Below are positions 39,153 through 47,741 of a stretch of 64,000 nt of DNA, piece after piece. This stretch comes from Prevotella sp. UBA2755 (GTDB lineage Bacteria > Bacteroidota > Bacteroidia > Bacteroidales > Bacteroidaceae), in assembly GCA_002353225.1 (NCBI GenBank), contig DEJF01000025.1, positions 2,818 through 66,817 on the forward strand, in the 5' to 3' direction. The notes beneath the pieces are model-generated. The model saw nothing but the letters and a program-made list of their open reading frames with translations. It made no database searches and was not told the DNA's origin. Every line of letters begins with the position of its first letter. The first letter of the stretch is position 1. The translations under genes and the position numbers were made by a program.

Positions 39153-40019
39153 CTATTCCTTCACATTTAGTTTCAATGAGTCACGCGCTGATTGCAACAG
39201 ACGGGTACGCTCCTCTATTGACGGGTCATTGATGACCACCACATCACGCAGACAACCGAAGTCTGTCGACAGGCGGACCTTTACGCGGTAGGACAAGCCG
39301 TCGGCAGAGTTATACACCGTCTCTATCTTTCCCACTAAGACTCCTGGCGGGAAGATGGAAGAATAACCATTCGTCTCCACCCAGTTGCCTCGCTTGAAAC
39401 GGGCATGACGGGGGATATCCTCCAGATAGGAGACTCCCGCATCCTTACCGTCCCACCGTAACACACCGAAATAGTTATGTCCACGGATGGCACAACTGAT
39501 GCGCGAGGAGGTATTCAGCACTGGGATGACAATGGTATAGTGGTCGGACACCAGATAGGTCACTCCCACAATACCCTGTCCGCAAGCGACACCCATTCCC
39601 ACACCAATACCGTCAGCCGCTCCACGATTGATCGTCAACAAGTTGTCCTGTCTGTTCAACTCATTGCTCACCACCTTGGCAGGGACCAGATGATACCTTT
39701 TGAGGAAATGCATCTCCTTATTCCAGAGCCCCGCGGTATCCTCTGTCGCCTCACCGTACAGACGGCGCAACTGAGTTACCTGCCGTTCCAAATAGAAATT
39801 ACGCAACGCAAGGTTCTCATTTGCACGCGCAAGTGAGAAATACGACTCCATCTCTGCCCTCCCCTCATTAACAGTACCAGCCACAGCATTGGCTGACGAG
39901 AGCCACACACTGCCTTGATAGTTGTTATAGGAAAACAACATCGTCAGGCTGATGACTTCCAACAGGACGAAGAGAAACCAGTGATGGTATTTCTGTAGGA
40001 ACTCCAGCAGGTTCTGCAT
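39153..40019 (-). CDS. mreC: Rod shape-determining protein MreC
   Basis: TM, coiled coil, INRGAADGI and IFPPGVLVG motifs. Confidence 0.93.
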   Translation of the reverse strand: MQNLLEFLQKYHHWFLFVLLEVISLTMLFSYNNYQGSVWLSSANAVAGTVNEGRAEMESYFSLARANENLALRNFYLERQVTQLRRLYGEATEDTAGLWNKEMHFLKRYHLVPAKVVSNELNRQDNLLTINRGAADGIGVGMGVACGQGIVGVTYLVSDHYTIVIPVLNTSSRISCAIRGHNYFGVLRWDGKDAGVSYLEDIPRHARFKRGNWVETNGYSSIFPPGVLVGKIETVYNSADGLSYRVKVRLSTDFGCLRDVVVINDPSIEERTRLLQSARDSLKLNVKE

Positions 40020-40022
40020 TGA

Positions 40023-41045
40023 TTATCGCATCAAGAAACTGAAACGGTCTACGTTCTTCAAGGCGATACCAGCACCCTTTGCCACGGAACGCAATGGATC
40101 CTCTGCGATATGGAACTGGATGTTGATCTTATCGGTAAGACGCTTGTCTAAGCCACGAAGCAATGCACCACCGCCAGAAAGCCAGATACCGTTCTTCACG
40201 ATGTCCGCATACAACTCTGGAGGGGTATTCTCCAAGGCGGAGAGCACGGCGTTCTCTATCTTTGCCACCGTCTTGTCGATACAATGGGCTATCTCCTGAT
40301 AGCATACAGGCACCTCCATAGGCAATGCCGTGATACGGTTAGGACCGTGTACCACATAATCCTCTGGAGCCTCATCACCAAGGTCTGTCAGTGCGGAACC
40401 CACATTGATCTTGATACGCTCAGCCATACGCTCGCTGACCTTCACATTATGCTGACGAGCCATATACTCTTGGATGTCTGCCGTCAGGTCGTCACCTGCA
40501 GTACGGATGGAGTTGTTGCAGACGATACCTCCCAATGAGATAACGGCGATCTCCGTAGAACCACCACCGATGTCGACAATCATATTGCCCTCAGGAGCCT
40601 CTACGTCGATACCAATACCGATAGCGGCAGCCATCGGCTCGAAAATCAGATACACATCACGTCCGTCGGCATGCTCCGCAGAGTCGCGGACTGCACGAAG
40701 TTCCACCTCCGTAGAGCCAGAGGGCACACCAATCACCATACGCAAAGAAGGTGAGAACAAACGGCTGCCCGTATGTACCATCTTAATCAGTCCACGCATC
40801 ATCTGCTCACAAGCAGAGAAGTCGGCAATCACACCATCACGCAATGGACGGATAGTACGGATATTATCATGTGTTTTCTCATACATCATCTTCGCCTCGT
40901 TACCGACGGCAATCATCTTGTCGGTACGGCGGTCGAGAGCAACAACCGACGGCTCGTCCACCACGATCTTATCATCACTGATAATAATCGTGTTAGCCGT
41001 TCCAAGATCCATGGCTATCTCCTGGACAAAACTAAAAAATCCCAT
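40023..41045 (-). CDS. mreB: Rod shape-determining protein MreB
   Basis: DLGTANT, EPMAAAIG, DIGGGSTE and GGGALL motifs. Confidence 0.98.
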   Translation of the reverse strand: MGFFSFVQEIAMDLGTANTIIISDDKIVVDEPSVVALDRRTDKMIAVGNEAKMMYEKTHDNIRTIRPLRDGVIADFSACEQMMRGLIKMVHTGSRLFSPSLRMVIGVPSGSTEVELRAVRDSAEHADGRDVYLIFEPMAAAIGIGIDVEAPEGNMIVDIGGGSTEIAVISLGGIVCNNSIRTAGDDLTADIQEYMARQHNVKVSERMAERIKINVGSALTDLGDEAPEDYVVHGPNRITALPMEVPVCYQEIAHCIDKTVAKIENAVLSALENTPPELYADIVKNGIWLSGGGALLRGLDKRLTDKINIQFHIAEDPLRSVAKGAGIALKNVDRFSFLMR

Positions 41046-41075
41046 ATCTTTTTCTACCTATTTGTTTTGTACTAA

Positions 41076-41669
41076 TTACTTTTCAAACCAATTATGAATA
41101 GCTGTATCATAATGACTGCTGACACCAAAGGCACGAGTAGCGAACTCACGACGCTGCGCCTTAGTGGTCTCCGCACCCTGCTTGTTCAGGATGTCCAGCA
41201 GAATACCGTATTCTGCCTTGGAGGGGACGATAACGACATCATTGAAATTCTTGGCTCCCGCGCGAATCAGTGAAATACCGCCGATATCAATCTTCTCGAT
41301 GATATCTTCCTCAGAGGCACCACTAGCAACGGTCTGCTCGAAAGGATAGAGGTCGACGATTACCAAGTCTATCTCCGGAATCTCATACTGAGCCATCTGC
41401 TCGCGGTCACCCTCGTTCTCACGACGCCCCAGAATACCTCCGAACACTTTCGGATGCAAGGTCTTCACACGACCTCCCAAGATAGAGGGATAAGTGGTTA
41501 CATTCTCCACTTTCTCACACTCGTAGCCCAAACTTTCAATAAAGGTCTGTGTACCACCTGTTGACAAGAACTTCACACCTTCAGCATGCAGCTTCTTCAA
41601 CAACTCTTCCAGCCCATCCTTATGAAACACGGAGATGAGCGCTGTCTTAATCTTCTTTGTATCTGCCAT
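41076..41669 (-). CDS. purH: IMP cyclohydrolase (stand-alone PurH N-terminal/MGS domain)
   Basis: ALISVFHK, STGGT, GGRVKTLHP and IDIGGISLIRAGAKN motifs; ends after 197 aa with no transformylase domain. Confidence 0.88.
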   Translation of the reverse strand: MADTKKIKTALISVFHKDGLEELLKKLHAEGVKFLSTGGTQTFIESLGYECEKVENVTTYPSILGGRVKTLHPKVFGGILGRRENEGDREQMAQYEIPEIDLVIVDLYPFEQTVASGASEEDIIEKIDIGGISLIRAGAKNFNDVVIVPSKAEYGILLDILNKQGAETTKAQRREFATRAFGVSSHYDTAIHNWFEK

Positions 41670-42003
41670 AATATAACGTTATATAAATTTCAATTGGGGA
41701 TGCAAAGGTAGTAAAAAACCACCATACTTCATCATCTTTTAACTAAAAAATTTCTCGCACATAAAAATTAATAATGTATATCAATCCCAAAGGCATCATT
41801 CAATCGGTAACTGAACGTCATTCTGTCGGTAACTGAGTCATGGTCAGTCGGCATGTGAATCCGCAACATTGTCCCTTTGCCACTTTGCCACATTAAGGTG
41901 GCATGATGGAAAAGGGATGTTTTTTTTGAATCTTCCAACTTTTTCATCATTTATTTGCGACTTTCATTTTTATTCCCTATCTTTGCTTATGAAATAGTGA
42001 ATC

Positions 42004-42033
42004 ATGTCAAACCCTTTAAATGTTGAAATGCCT
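42004..42033 (+). repeat. 30-bp direct repeat, copy 1
   Basis: ATGTCAAACCCTTTAAATGTTGAAATGCCT; 29/30 identical to 42828-42857. Confidence 0.92.
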
Positions 42034-42034
42034 T

Positions 42035-42057
42035 AGGAGTGCTAGCACTCTTTTTTT
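42035..42057 (+). terminator. Intrinsic terminator right after repeat copy 1
   Basis: AGGAGTG-CTAG-CACTCTT followed by a T run. Confidence 0.6.
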
Positions 42058-42100
42058 GTTTCCTCTATTTCTTTGTTTTTGCGAAATTTCTATTGAAACA

Positions 42101-42132
42101 TTTGCAACTTTCACTTTTTCTTTCTATCTTTG
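42101..42132 (+). promoter_or_regulatory. Sigma-A promoter of the TA operon
   Basis: TTTG (42101-42104)-N20-TATCTTTG (42125-42132). Confidence 0.7.
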
Positions 42133-42179
42133 CCCTCGGAGTGGGAAGGTTCTGCTCTGACAGAAGAAGCGTTATGTTT

Positions 42180-42476
42180 ATGAACACAGAGCAAATGACA
42201 CAGATGATAGCCGAGTATTTCAAGACACAACCAGTCTTGAAAGCATGGATTTTTGGCTCATATGCGCGTGGTGAGGAGACTGAAAGCAGTGATGTGGACA
42301 TACTTGTGATCCTTGATTATTCACAACCTATAGGATTGAAATTCTTTGGAATGTATGAAGATTTAAAGGAACTTTTAGGCCGTCCTGTCGATTTGGTTTC
42401 AGATCGGACTTTAGCCCCTTTCGCTCGTGCCAGCGTTGAACGTGATAAAAAACTTGTTTATGAGAGAGTCGCTTAG
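42180..42476 (+). CDS. Minimal nucleotidyltransferase (MntA-type antitoxin)
   Basis: FGSYARGEETESSDVD = GS-X10-DXD; LLGRPVDLV; overlaps the downstream HEPN gene. Confidence 0.92.
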   Translation: MNTEQMTQMIAEYFKTQPVLKAWIFGSYARGEETESSDVDILVILDYSQPIGLKFFGMYEDLKELLGRPVDLVSDRTLAPFARASVERDKKLVYERVA

Positions 42477-42828
42477 AGATCGTGAAAGGTTGGAACACAT
42501 GCTCTCTGCCATAGGTCGCATACTCCGTTATACAAATGGGAAAACATTTGAAGATCTTACGGCAGACGATATGATGTATTATGCTGTAGTGAAGAATATC
42601 GAAATCATTGGTGAGGCAGCCAATATGCTTACAGTTGAGTTTACTGAACAACATCCTCAAACACCTTGGAAGCAGGTTAGAGGTATGCGCAATTACATAG
42701 TTCATGAATATTTTCAGATTGATGATGTGGTTGTATGGGATGTTGTAACAAACAATCTTTCAGAACTCAAGCAACAAATAGAATCGTATCTCGCTGAAAC
42801 CAATTGGGCAAAGTGGGTACAACAATAA
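42460..42828 (+). CDS. HEPN/DUF86 ribonuclease toxin (HepT-type)
   Basis: IEIIGEAA...PWKQVRGMRNYIVHEY = R-X4-H-X-Y motif. Confidence 0.92.
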   Translation: MRESLRDRERLEHMLSAIGRILRYTNGKTFEDLTADDMMYYAVVKNIEIIGEAANMLTVEFTEQHPQTPWKQVRGMRNYIVHEYFQIDDVVVWDVVTNNLSELKQQIESYLAETNWAKWVQQ

Positions 42829-42857
42829 TGTCAAACCCTTTAAATGCTGAAATGCCT
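42828..42857 (+). repeat. 30-bp direct repeat, copy 2
   Basis: ATGTCAAACCCTTTAAATGCTGAAATGCCT; starts on the last base of the toxin stop codon. Confidence 0.92.
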
Positions 42858-42962
42858 ATGGGCTGAGATTACTTTACATGGACATATAGGATGAACATCC
42901 ACTATACCCCACATATTGTAGACGTAATTCTGTTCACTTTTTTTATTCAAAGTAAAGATAAG

Positions 42963-45900
42963 ATGAAATTGTGTAATATAAAACAAGTTTTGTTGTTTGT
43001 TGCGCTGACTTTTTCTGTGAAAGCCTCCGCCTATGATTTTATGGTCGACAAAGTGCAATATACAATAATTAGCACTGAACCTTATTTAGAAGTTAAAGTC
43101 GTTGGAGGAACAACAGGTACTTTACATATCCCTGCAGAAGTTGAATATAAGGGTCTGAATTTCAAAGTACGCTATATTGACGGGCATGCTTTTGAAAACA
43201 AGTGGGGATCAGAACACGACATATGGGAACTTACGATAGATGAAGGTGTTTATAGCATTGGTGCATGGGCTTTTGTAAATAACTATAATTTAAATAAAGT
43301 GTCTTTGCCTAAAGACATAATAATACATGAATATGCATTCGGAGGTTGTTCTGGACTGGAAACGTTTAAATTCCCTGAATCTGTTTCAGAATTAAATGAA
43401 GGTATCCTTGCAGAATGTGCCAATTTGAATTCTGTGGAATTACCCTCTGGATTGAAGATAATACCCAAAGATTTGCTAAACGGATGTAGTAACTTAAATA
43501 CAATGGAAATACCAAATTCAGTCGTTTCCATTGGTGATTATTCTCTTTCTAGAACAGGTTTTTCTGAAATTAACATACCTGAGTCTGTGGAAACCATAGG
43601 TAGAAATGCCTTTGCAGGATCCGCTCTGAAGACTATAACTATTCCCAATTTAGTCACTAGTATTAGTGCTTATACTTTTCTATCTTGTAAGAACTTAGAA
43701 TCAATTATTATCCCAAATACTATAACTGAAATTGAAGGGAGTGCTTTTTACGGATGTAGCAATTTAGAAAATATTAATCTACCAGAAGGAATTACGAAAA
43801 TAAGTGGATCAACATTTAAGGATTGTTATAGTTTGAAGTCCATTGTCATTCCAAGTAAAGTTACAACTATACAAAATAATGCTTTTGAGGGGTGCACTAA
43901 ACTTGAGTCTGTAAATATTCCAAGTTCTGTAAAAGAAATATATTCTGGCGCTTTCTACTATTGCAGTAATTTGCAGACAATCAATTTACCCGAATCCCTT
44001 GAGAAGATTGGGGATAAAGCATTTGCAAAATCTGGTCTAACATCGATTTGCTTTCCTAATTCATTAAAAAATATTGGTGAATCAGTTTTTGCTGAATGTG
44101 ATGATCTCACCAGTGTTGTCTCGCGCATGGAGGAACCTTGTACCATAGAGAACGAAAACTGTTTTGACAATGTGGCATATTTACTTATAAAATTGACGGT
44201 TCCGCCTTTAACCGCAGAAAAATATAATGAGAGTTATGCTTGGCATAAGTTCAAAAATATAATAGAAAAACCTCATGACGAAAACGATAACCCGATAGTC
44301 ATATCAGTACAAGACGCATCTAGTGAATATGGTGACAAACTTCCAAAATTCCAAATAACATCGGAAGGGGCTATACTTGATGGTACTCCGGAGATTATAT
44401 GCGAAGCAACAGAAAACTCACAAGTAGGAACGTATGATATTATTGTCAAGCCAGGTTCTGTTAAGAACTTTAATGCAACCTATGTAAATGGTAAACTAAC
44501 CATCACTAAGGCTCCTTTGACAATTACAGCCAAGGACTATACCATCAAGCAAGGTGAGGAACTGCCAACCTTTGAGGTAACCTACGAGGGCTTCAAGAAT
44601 AATGAGACAGAGGATGTATTGACTAAGAAACCCACGATCGCAACAACGGCAACATCTGCCAGTGAGCCTGGTGAATATAATATCACCGCTTCTGACGCTG
44701 AGGCAACGAACTATGAGATTGGTTATGTAAATGGAAAGCTTACGATTGGAACTTCCAATATTATTTCCAAAGGTGTCTATGCGCTTGGTTCTGGTAATAT
44801 GGCCACTGGTAGCCCCAGCAATCTGACCTATTTCGATTATAATACAGGAAAGGCAACTCCTAATGCTTTCGAGGTTAATAACGGTGGTATGAGTCTTGGT
44901 ATGACAGCCAATGACATCTTAAAGTATGGTAAGAAGATTTATATCGTCGTAGACGGCGAGCACACAGTTTTTGTTACTGATGCAAATCTGAAACTTCTTC
45001 ACAAAATTGACATGACCTCTGCTGACATGTTAGGTGAGGCTGGCGGTGTAAGTCCTCGTCGTATCACTGCTGATGGTCCCAATATCTATGTATCCACCTA
45101 TGGTGGTTATGTTGCTGCTATCGATACCCTTAATTTCTCATTGGTCAAGAAGTATAAGGTTGGTTCCTATCCTGAGGGCTTAATAGTAGATAACGGTTAT
45201 CTGTATGTGGCAAACTCTGATTATGGCTATGGTAATGCTTCTATCTCAAAAGTCGATTTGAATTCTGGTGCCGACACACCTATTACTGACGAGAATATCC
45301 GTAACCCTCAAGAGATTGTCATTGCCGGTTCGGACATCTACTTCCTGGATCTTGGACAATACGGTACAGAACCTCCCTATGCACAAGAGAACGCTGGTGT
45401 CTATTGCATCTCAGGTGGCAAGGTGACGAAAGTCGTTGCTGACGCTACAGGTTGGGCTATATCCAGCCCTAATATCTACACCTACAATGCACCTTATTCC
45501 TATGGTGATCCGAAGCCTGTAACCTACAATATCTATAATGTCCAGACAAAAGAGTTGGAATCATTCACTCCCAGTGATATTGAAAGTCCTGCAACCATGT
45601 GTATCGATCCTGTTCAAGGGTTGTTGTATATCGCCTCCTATCATATGACAACCTCTGAGTGGGGAACATTTCCCGACTACACATCAAATGGTTATGTGAA
45701 TTATTATGACCTTTCCACGATGAATAAGATTGGTTCGTTTGATTGTGGTATAGGTCCACGGCGCATCGGAGTCAATTTGGGCACCGATTATATCTTGGGC
45801 GATGCCAATGGTGACGAACAAGTGAATGTGACGGACATCGTGGCAACGGTGAACTACATCATGAACAAGCCGTCTACAGACTTTAACTTCGAAGCTGCTG

Positions 45901-46028
45901 ATGTGAACTGTGATGGCGAAGTAAATGTGACGGACATCGTGGCAATGGTGAACATCATCATGAAAGACGGTACGCAGAATGCACGTGAAGTCATGAGTGT
46001 CCTGCGTAGGAGCGGATTTATATTCTGA
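42963..46028 (+). CDS. Secreted BspA-type LRR protein with 2 MBG-like domains, a YncE/BtuG-like beta-propeller and a C-terminal dockerin
   Basis: Signal peptide (SVKASA); 23-aa IPxSVTxIxxxAFxGCxxLxSI repeats; two YVNGKLTI modules; propeller; GDANGDEQVNVTD / DVNCDGEVNVTD duplicated Ca-binding loops. Confidence 0.9.
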   Translation: MKLCNIKQVLLFVALTFSVKASAYDFMVDKVQYTIISTEPYLEVKVVGGTTGTLHIPAEVEYKGLNFKVRYIDGHAFENKWGSEHDIWELTIDEGVYSIGAWAFVNNYNLNKVSLPKDIIIHEYAFGGCSGLETFKFPESVSELNEGILAECANLNSVELPSGLKIIPKDLLNGCSNLNTMEIPNSVVSIGDYSLSRTGFSEINIPESVETIGRNAFAGSALKTITIPNLVTSISAYTFLSCKNLESIIIPNTITEIEGSAFYGCSNLENINLPEGITKISGSTFKDCYSLKSIVIPSKVTTIQNNAFEGCTKLESVNIPSSVKEIYSGAFYYCSNLQTINLPESLEKIGDKAFAKSGLTSICFPNSLKNIGESVFAECDDLTSVVSRMEEPCTIENENCFDNVAYLLIKLTVPPLTAEKYNESYAWHKFKNIIEKPHDENDNPIVISVQDASSEYGDKLPKFQITSEGAILDGTPEIICEATENSQVGTYDIIVKPGSVKNFNATYVNGKLTITKAPLTITAKDYTIKQGEELPTFEVTYEGFKNNETEDVLTKKPTIATTATSASEPGEYNITASDAEATNYEIGYVNGKLTIGTSNIISKGVYALGSGNMATGSPSNLTYFDYNTGKATPNAFEVNNGGMSLGMTANDILKYGKKIYIVVDGEHTVFVTDANLKLLHKIDMTSADMLGEAGGVSPRRITADGPNIYVSTYGGYVAAIDTLNFSLVKKYKVGSYPEGLIVDNGYLYVANSDYGYGNASISKVDLNSGADTPITDENIRNPQEIVIAGSDIYFLDLGQYGTEPPYAQENAGVYCISGGKVTKVVADATGWAISSPNIYTYNAPYSYGDPKPVTYNIYNVQTKELESFTPSDIESPATMCIDPVQGLLYIASYHMTTSEWGTFPDYTSNGYVNYYDLSTMNKIGSFDCGIGPRRIGVNLGTDYILGDANGDEQVNVTDIVATVNYIMNKPSTDFNFEAADVNCDGEVNVTDIVAMVNIIMKDGTQNAREVMSVLRRSGFIF

Positions 46029-46039
46029 CAAAAATGAAA

Positions 46040-46153
46040 CAACCCTGCTATCCCTGCTACAATTTTGCATAACATGTTGATAATCAGGGAAAGTACGGTG
46101 CAGGATCGGTAGCGAAATGGGGGTTCAACCCTGCTACTGATCCTGCACTTTTT
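46040..46153. repeat. Palindromic element with CCCTGCTA repeats (also terminator-like)
   Basis: CAACCCTGCTA at 46040 and 46126; inverted repeat GTGCAGGATCGGTAGC (46098-46113) / GCTACTGATCCTGCAC (46133-46148) followed by a T run. Confidence 0.65.
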
Positions 46154-46168
46154 GTTGTCTTCTATTTT

Positions 46169-46308
46169 GGCTATAGGCGTAAGACCTTACGGCTATAGGC
46201 GCACAGCCTTTTGCCTATAGGTGCACGGTTGCTAGGATGCTTCTTTCTCCCTGTTAGGTAGGCACTTTCTCCCTGTTAGGCTGGCACTTACTCCCTATAG
46301 AAATAGTC
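46169..46308. repeat. Two adjacent 3 x 22-bp tandem arrays
   Basis: GGCTATAGGCGTAAGACCTTAC / GGCTATAGGCGCACAGCCTTTT / GCCTATAGGTGCACGG, then CTTTCTCCCTGTTAGGTAGGCA / CTTTCTCCCTGTTAGGCTGGCA / CTTACTCCCTATAGAAATAGTC. Confidence 0.85.
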
Positions 46309-46356
46309 GGGAGACAATGAATGGTGACAGATGACAGTTAAAATACACTTACGGCA

Positions 46357-46980
46357 TTACTGTTTCCTCATTGTAACACCTGCTTGCATGCCATTGATGC
46401 TCTTCATCAATGAGGTGATGGTGCGAATCTGGGAGCTGCTCGACTTGGCACCGAAGGTCTTGAAAAGGTTGAGCAGTTTGGTGGCATCCGTCACAAACAT
46501 CATCTCCTTGCCAGAAACCTGCGTCGTCACGGCCAGCGACTTTACACCAGCAGCAGTCAGCATTAACTTCGAGTCCTTCACCGTCCATTTACCCTTGACC
46601 GTCTTTCCGTTCAACGTCTCCGTAAATGTTCCGTCTTCATTGAAGGTCATGGTGAAGGCACCTGGCTTGATACCATATCGTGTCAGGTATTCTTGTATCT
46701 TTTTTTCCAGTTTGTTGGCAGCAATCTTCGAACCTGTCTTTGCCAGAATATTGTCAGACGTAAACACAATAGCAGGTTCCGTGTATGACCATGTGCCGAT
46801 AACATTCTCCTTAGTCGCCTGTTTCTTGCTGGAGAAAATTGATGTCAGGTTAGACACCGCATCGTCACCAGAGCCACCCAGCACACTATTCAGTACATCA
46901 CTGATGTCTTGTGCCTGAACCGATACACCCACCATCAACATGACCATCATCATGACGGCTTTCATCATCATTCCTTTCAT
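46357..46980 (-). CDS. DUF4923-family exported protein
   Basis: Signal peptide; IGTWSYTEPAIVFTSDN.LAK.G motif. The ORF-track extension into the tRNA is discarded. Confidence 0.82.
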   Translation of the reverse strand: MKGMMMKAVMMMVMLMVGVSVQAQDISDVLNSVLGGSGDDAVSNLTSIFSSKKQATKENVIGTWSYTEPAIVFTSDNILAKTGSKIAANKLEKKIQEYLTRYGIKPGAFTMTFNEDGTFTETLNGKTVKGKWTVKDSKLMLTAAGVKSLAVTTQVSGKEMMFVTDATKLLNLFKTFGAKSSSSQIRTITSLMKSINGMQAGVTMRKQ

Positions 46981-47000
46981 ATCACATCTTTTTAGTAAAC

Positions 47001-47037
47001 AAGAACCCCTGCGAGCACTTGTCCGCAGGGGCTTCTT
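47001..47037 (-). terminator. Terminator/processing hairpin downstream of tRNA-Met
   Basis: AAGAACCCCTGCG...CGCAGGGGCTTCTT. Confidence 0.65.
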
Positions 47038-47039
47038 TG

Positions 47040-47113
47040 TAGCGGGACCCAGGATTGAACTGGGGACCTCATGATTATGAATCATGCGCTCTAACCAGCT
47101 GAGCTATCCCGCC
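47040..47113 (-). tRNA. tRNA-Met (CAT), probably elongator
   Basis: Reverse complement GGCGGGATAGCTCAGCTGGTTAGAGCGCATGATTCATAATCATGAGGTCCCCAGTTCAATCCTGGGTCCCGCTA; lacks the initiator 3 G-C anticodon-stem pairs. Confidence 0.93.
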
Positions 47114-47258
47114 ATCAAGGGTGATTCTCTTGAAATCGGGTGCAAAGGTAATACAAACTTTTCAATTCACAAAACTTTTCTCTAAAAAAAGAATAAATTT
47201 CTTTGTTTTATACATATTTAGTTGTATCTTTGCAACACAGAAACTAACCGCTTAGGAT

Positions 47259-47666
47259 ATGCATAAACACATTCTAAAGAAAGAATACCCACTTTCGGCA
47301 AAGTCGCCAAAAATAGTTTGGGAAATGATTAGCAACGCAGCAGGACTACAAAAATGGCTCGCTGACGTAGTGGTAGAGAATGGTGACGAATGGACTTTCA
47401 CTTGGGGGCATCCATGGACAGAGCGCGACACAAAAGTGTCGAGACTGCTGGAACTGGAGAAATACGACCATATCAAACTGAAATGGGACTATCAAGAGGA
47501 CGACCCCGACGCATACTGGGAGATGCGTATTGAACAGAGTGAACTAACGGGCAACCTGAACCTGTTGATTACCGACTATGCCGACCCCGAGGACATCAAC
47601 GACCTCAACGGACTATGGGATGCCAATATGGAACGGTTGCACCGTGTCAGCGGTTTCCTGTTATAG
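47259..47666 (+). CDS. START-like (SRPBCC) domain protein
   Basis: VWEMISNAAGLQKWLADVV...FTW motif; 135 aa. Confidence 0.85.
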   Translation: MHKHILKKEYPLSAKSPKIVWEMISNAAGLQKWLADVVVENGDEWTFTWGHPWTERDTKVSRLLELEKYDHIKLKWDYQEDDPDAYWEMRIEQSELTGNLNLLITDYADPEDINDLNGLWDANMERLHRVSGFLL

Positions 47667-47741
47667 ACACTTAAATGATAAAAAAACGAAATATTTGCCG
47701 TGCTCTGAATTTTTTATGCTAATTTTGCATGCTCATAGTGC

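Noticed and set aside
41768-41950. 60-aa minus-strand ORF upstream of purH
   Set aside because: Its start lies in AT-rich promoter-flank sequence and I recognise no domain. It could be a gene remnant but is unsupported.
42037-42050. GAGTGCTAGCACTC resembling CIRCE half-sites
   Set aside because: The halves are in the wrong order with no 9-bp spacer; better explained as a terminator stem before a T run.
46169-46308. 22-bp arrays (also 31399-31464) as mini-CRISPRs
   Set aside because: Units are contiguous with no unique spacers, and there are no cas genes in the window.
47040-47113. tRNA-Met or tRNA-Pro as integration site for the accessory patch
   Set aside because: I found no duplicated tRNA 3' end and no integrase in the window.
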